Part shown: positions 63,166 through 64,000 of the stretch, one piece after another
How positions within the stretch are numbered: position 1 is the first letter of the stretch
Layout: each line of letters begins with the position of its first letter
IMG/VR virus record: IMGVR_UViG_3300030380_006483
Strand: one strand, 5' to 3'
DNA from: a virus
DNA length: 64,000 nt
Made by a program: the position numbers and the translations under genes
The notes under the pieces: model-generated
What the model was told of the DNA's origin: nothing
What the model saw: the letters and a program-made list of their open reading frames with translations, nothing else
The model's database searches: none

Positions 63166-64000
63166 TGGCTGATAATTTAAAACATATAATAAAGGAGGAA
63201 TTTATAAAGTGTGCTAAGGACCCAGTATACTTTATGAAAAAATACTATACTATCCAGCACCCACAAAGAGGTAGAATTAAATTTAATCTTTACCCATTTC
63301 AAGAGAAAGTTCTTACTCACATGAATAATGAAGATTATGTTATAATAAATAAATCAAGACAATTAGGTATATCAACTTTATGTTCAGCTTATTCATTATG
63401 GATGATGTTATTTCATAAAGATAAAAACGTATTATGTATAGCAACTAAACAAGAAACTGCTAAAAACATGGTAACTAAGGTAAGGTTTGCTTATGACCAA
63501 TTGCCAAAGTGGTTACAAATAAAAACAGATGAACATAATAAATTATCTTTACGTTTAGCAAATGGTTCCCAAATTAAAGCAGTAGCAGCAAGTCAAGACG
63601 CAGGTAGGAGTGAAGCAGTATCTTTATTATTAATAGATGAGGCAGCCTTTATTGATGGAATAGATGAGATATTCGCCTCAGCCCAACAGACACTAGCTAC
63701 TGGTGGTGGATGTATAGCATTATCAACACCTTATGGTACTGGTAATTGGTTTCATTCAACTTGGGCTAAAGCAGAAGCAAGAGAAAATACATTTTTACCA
63801 ATTAGATTACCATGGACGGTTCACCCAGAAAGAAATCAAGAATGGAGAGATGAACAAGATATAGTACTAGGACCTAGAATGGCCTCACAGGAATGTGATT
63901 GTGATTTTAGCACTTCAGGTGACACTGTTATAGAACCTGATATATTAAATTTTTACGAAAGTACTTACATCCAAGAACCAGTTGAAAGAAGAGGTATAGA
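63165..64000 (+). CDS. terL: Terminase large subunit (T4 gp17-like), 3'-truncated
   Basis: Manual translation (absent from the track): KCAKDPVYF, LYPFQ, KSRQLGISTL (Walker A), GRSEAVSLLLIDEAAF (Walker B), STPYG, QECDCDF. Confidence 0.95.
   Translation, partial: MADNLKHIIKEEFIKCAKDPVYFMKKYYTIQHPQRGRIKFNLYPFQEKVLTHMNNEDYVIINKSRQLGISTLCSAYSLWMMLFHKDKNVLCIATKQETAKNMVTKVRFAYDQLPKWLQIKTDEHNKLSLRLANGSQIKAVAASQDAGRSEAVSLLLIDEAAFIDGIDEIFASAQQTLATGGGCIALSTPYGTGNWFHSTWAKAEARENTFLPIRLPWTVHPERNQEWRDEQDIVLGPRMASQECDCDFSTSGDTVIEPDILNFYESTYIQEPVERRGI

Noticed and set aside
1-64000. Most minus-strand ORFs in the track (e.g. 6122..6466, 27305..27733, 39800..40246, 52159..52491)
   Set aside because: They lie antisense to strong + strand genes and have no recognisable motifs; only the GNAT gene at 16861..17208 is credible.
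1-64000. Stop-codon reassignment (TAG or TGA)
   Set aside because: Standard-code ORFs tile the window densely, including a 1781-aa ORF, and several genes end in TAG followed by a coupled start; the one open frame after TAG at 14402 is isolated.
63165-64000. Intein in the terminase
   Set aside because: The visible part runs continuously from Walker A through Walker B to the coupling motif with no insertion; the remainder is outside the window.
1-64000. Prophage or cellular chromosome context
   Set aside because: No integrase, att site, housekeeping genes or rRNA; the whole window reads as large lytic-type phage DNA.

Overview
The window is a 64 kb, gene-dense, strongly AT-rich (about 30% GC by eye) segment of a large T4-like tailed phage, with almost all genes on the + strand. 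It carries a gp17-like large terminase (truncated at the right edge), gp25/gp6/gp5-like baseplate genes, a gp61-like primase, a gp55-like sigma factor, a PD-(D/E)xK exonuclease and a lysozyme-like protein. Several signals point to a Bacteroidota (probably flavobacterial) host: TTGG-N19-TATATTT promoters matching the -33/-7 consensus, A-rich leaders without Shine-Dalgarno sites, DUF4494-like and Hc1-like genes, SprB-like repeats, and a signal peptide that exposes Gln. Layout: about 1-22 kb accessory/early region with 12 2OG-Fe(II) oxygenase-fold genes and a CpG-rich, repeat-rich island at 14.4-16.9 kb; 23-46 kb sigma factor plus baseplate/tail block; 46-48 kb replication genes; 48-62.5 kb modular proteins with shared N-terminal leaders and [LI]-x-E-delimited modules; then a possible lysis pair and the terminase. 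The leading hypothesis for an undescribed system is a head-packaged, protease-processed modular cargo set. I saw no tRNA, rRNA, CRISPR array, integrase or transposase. All family calls are from motif recognition only; no database search was run.
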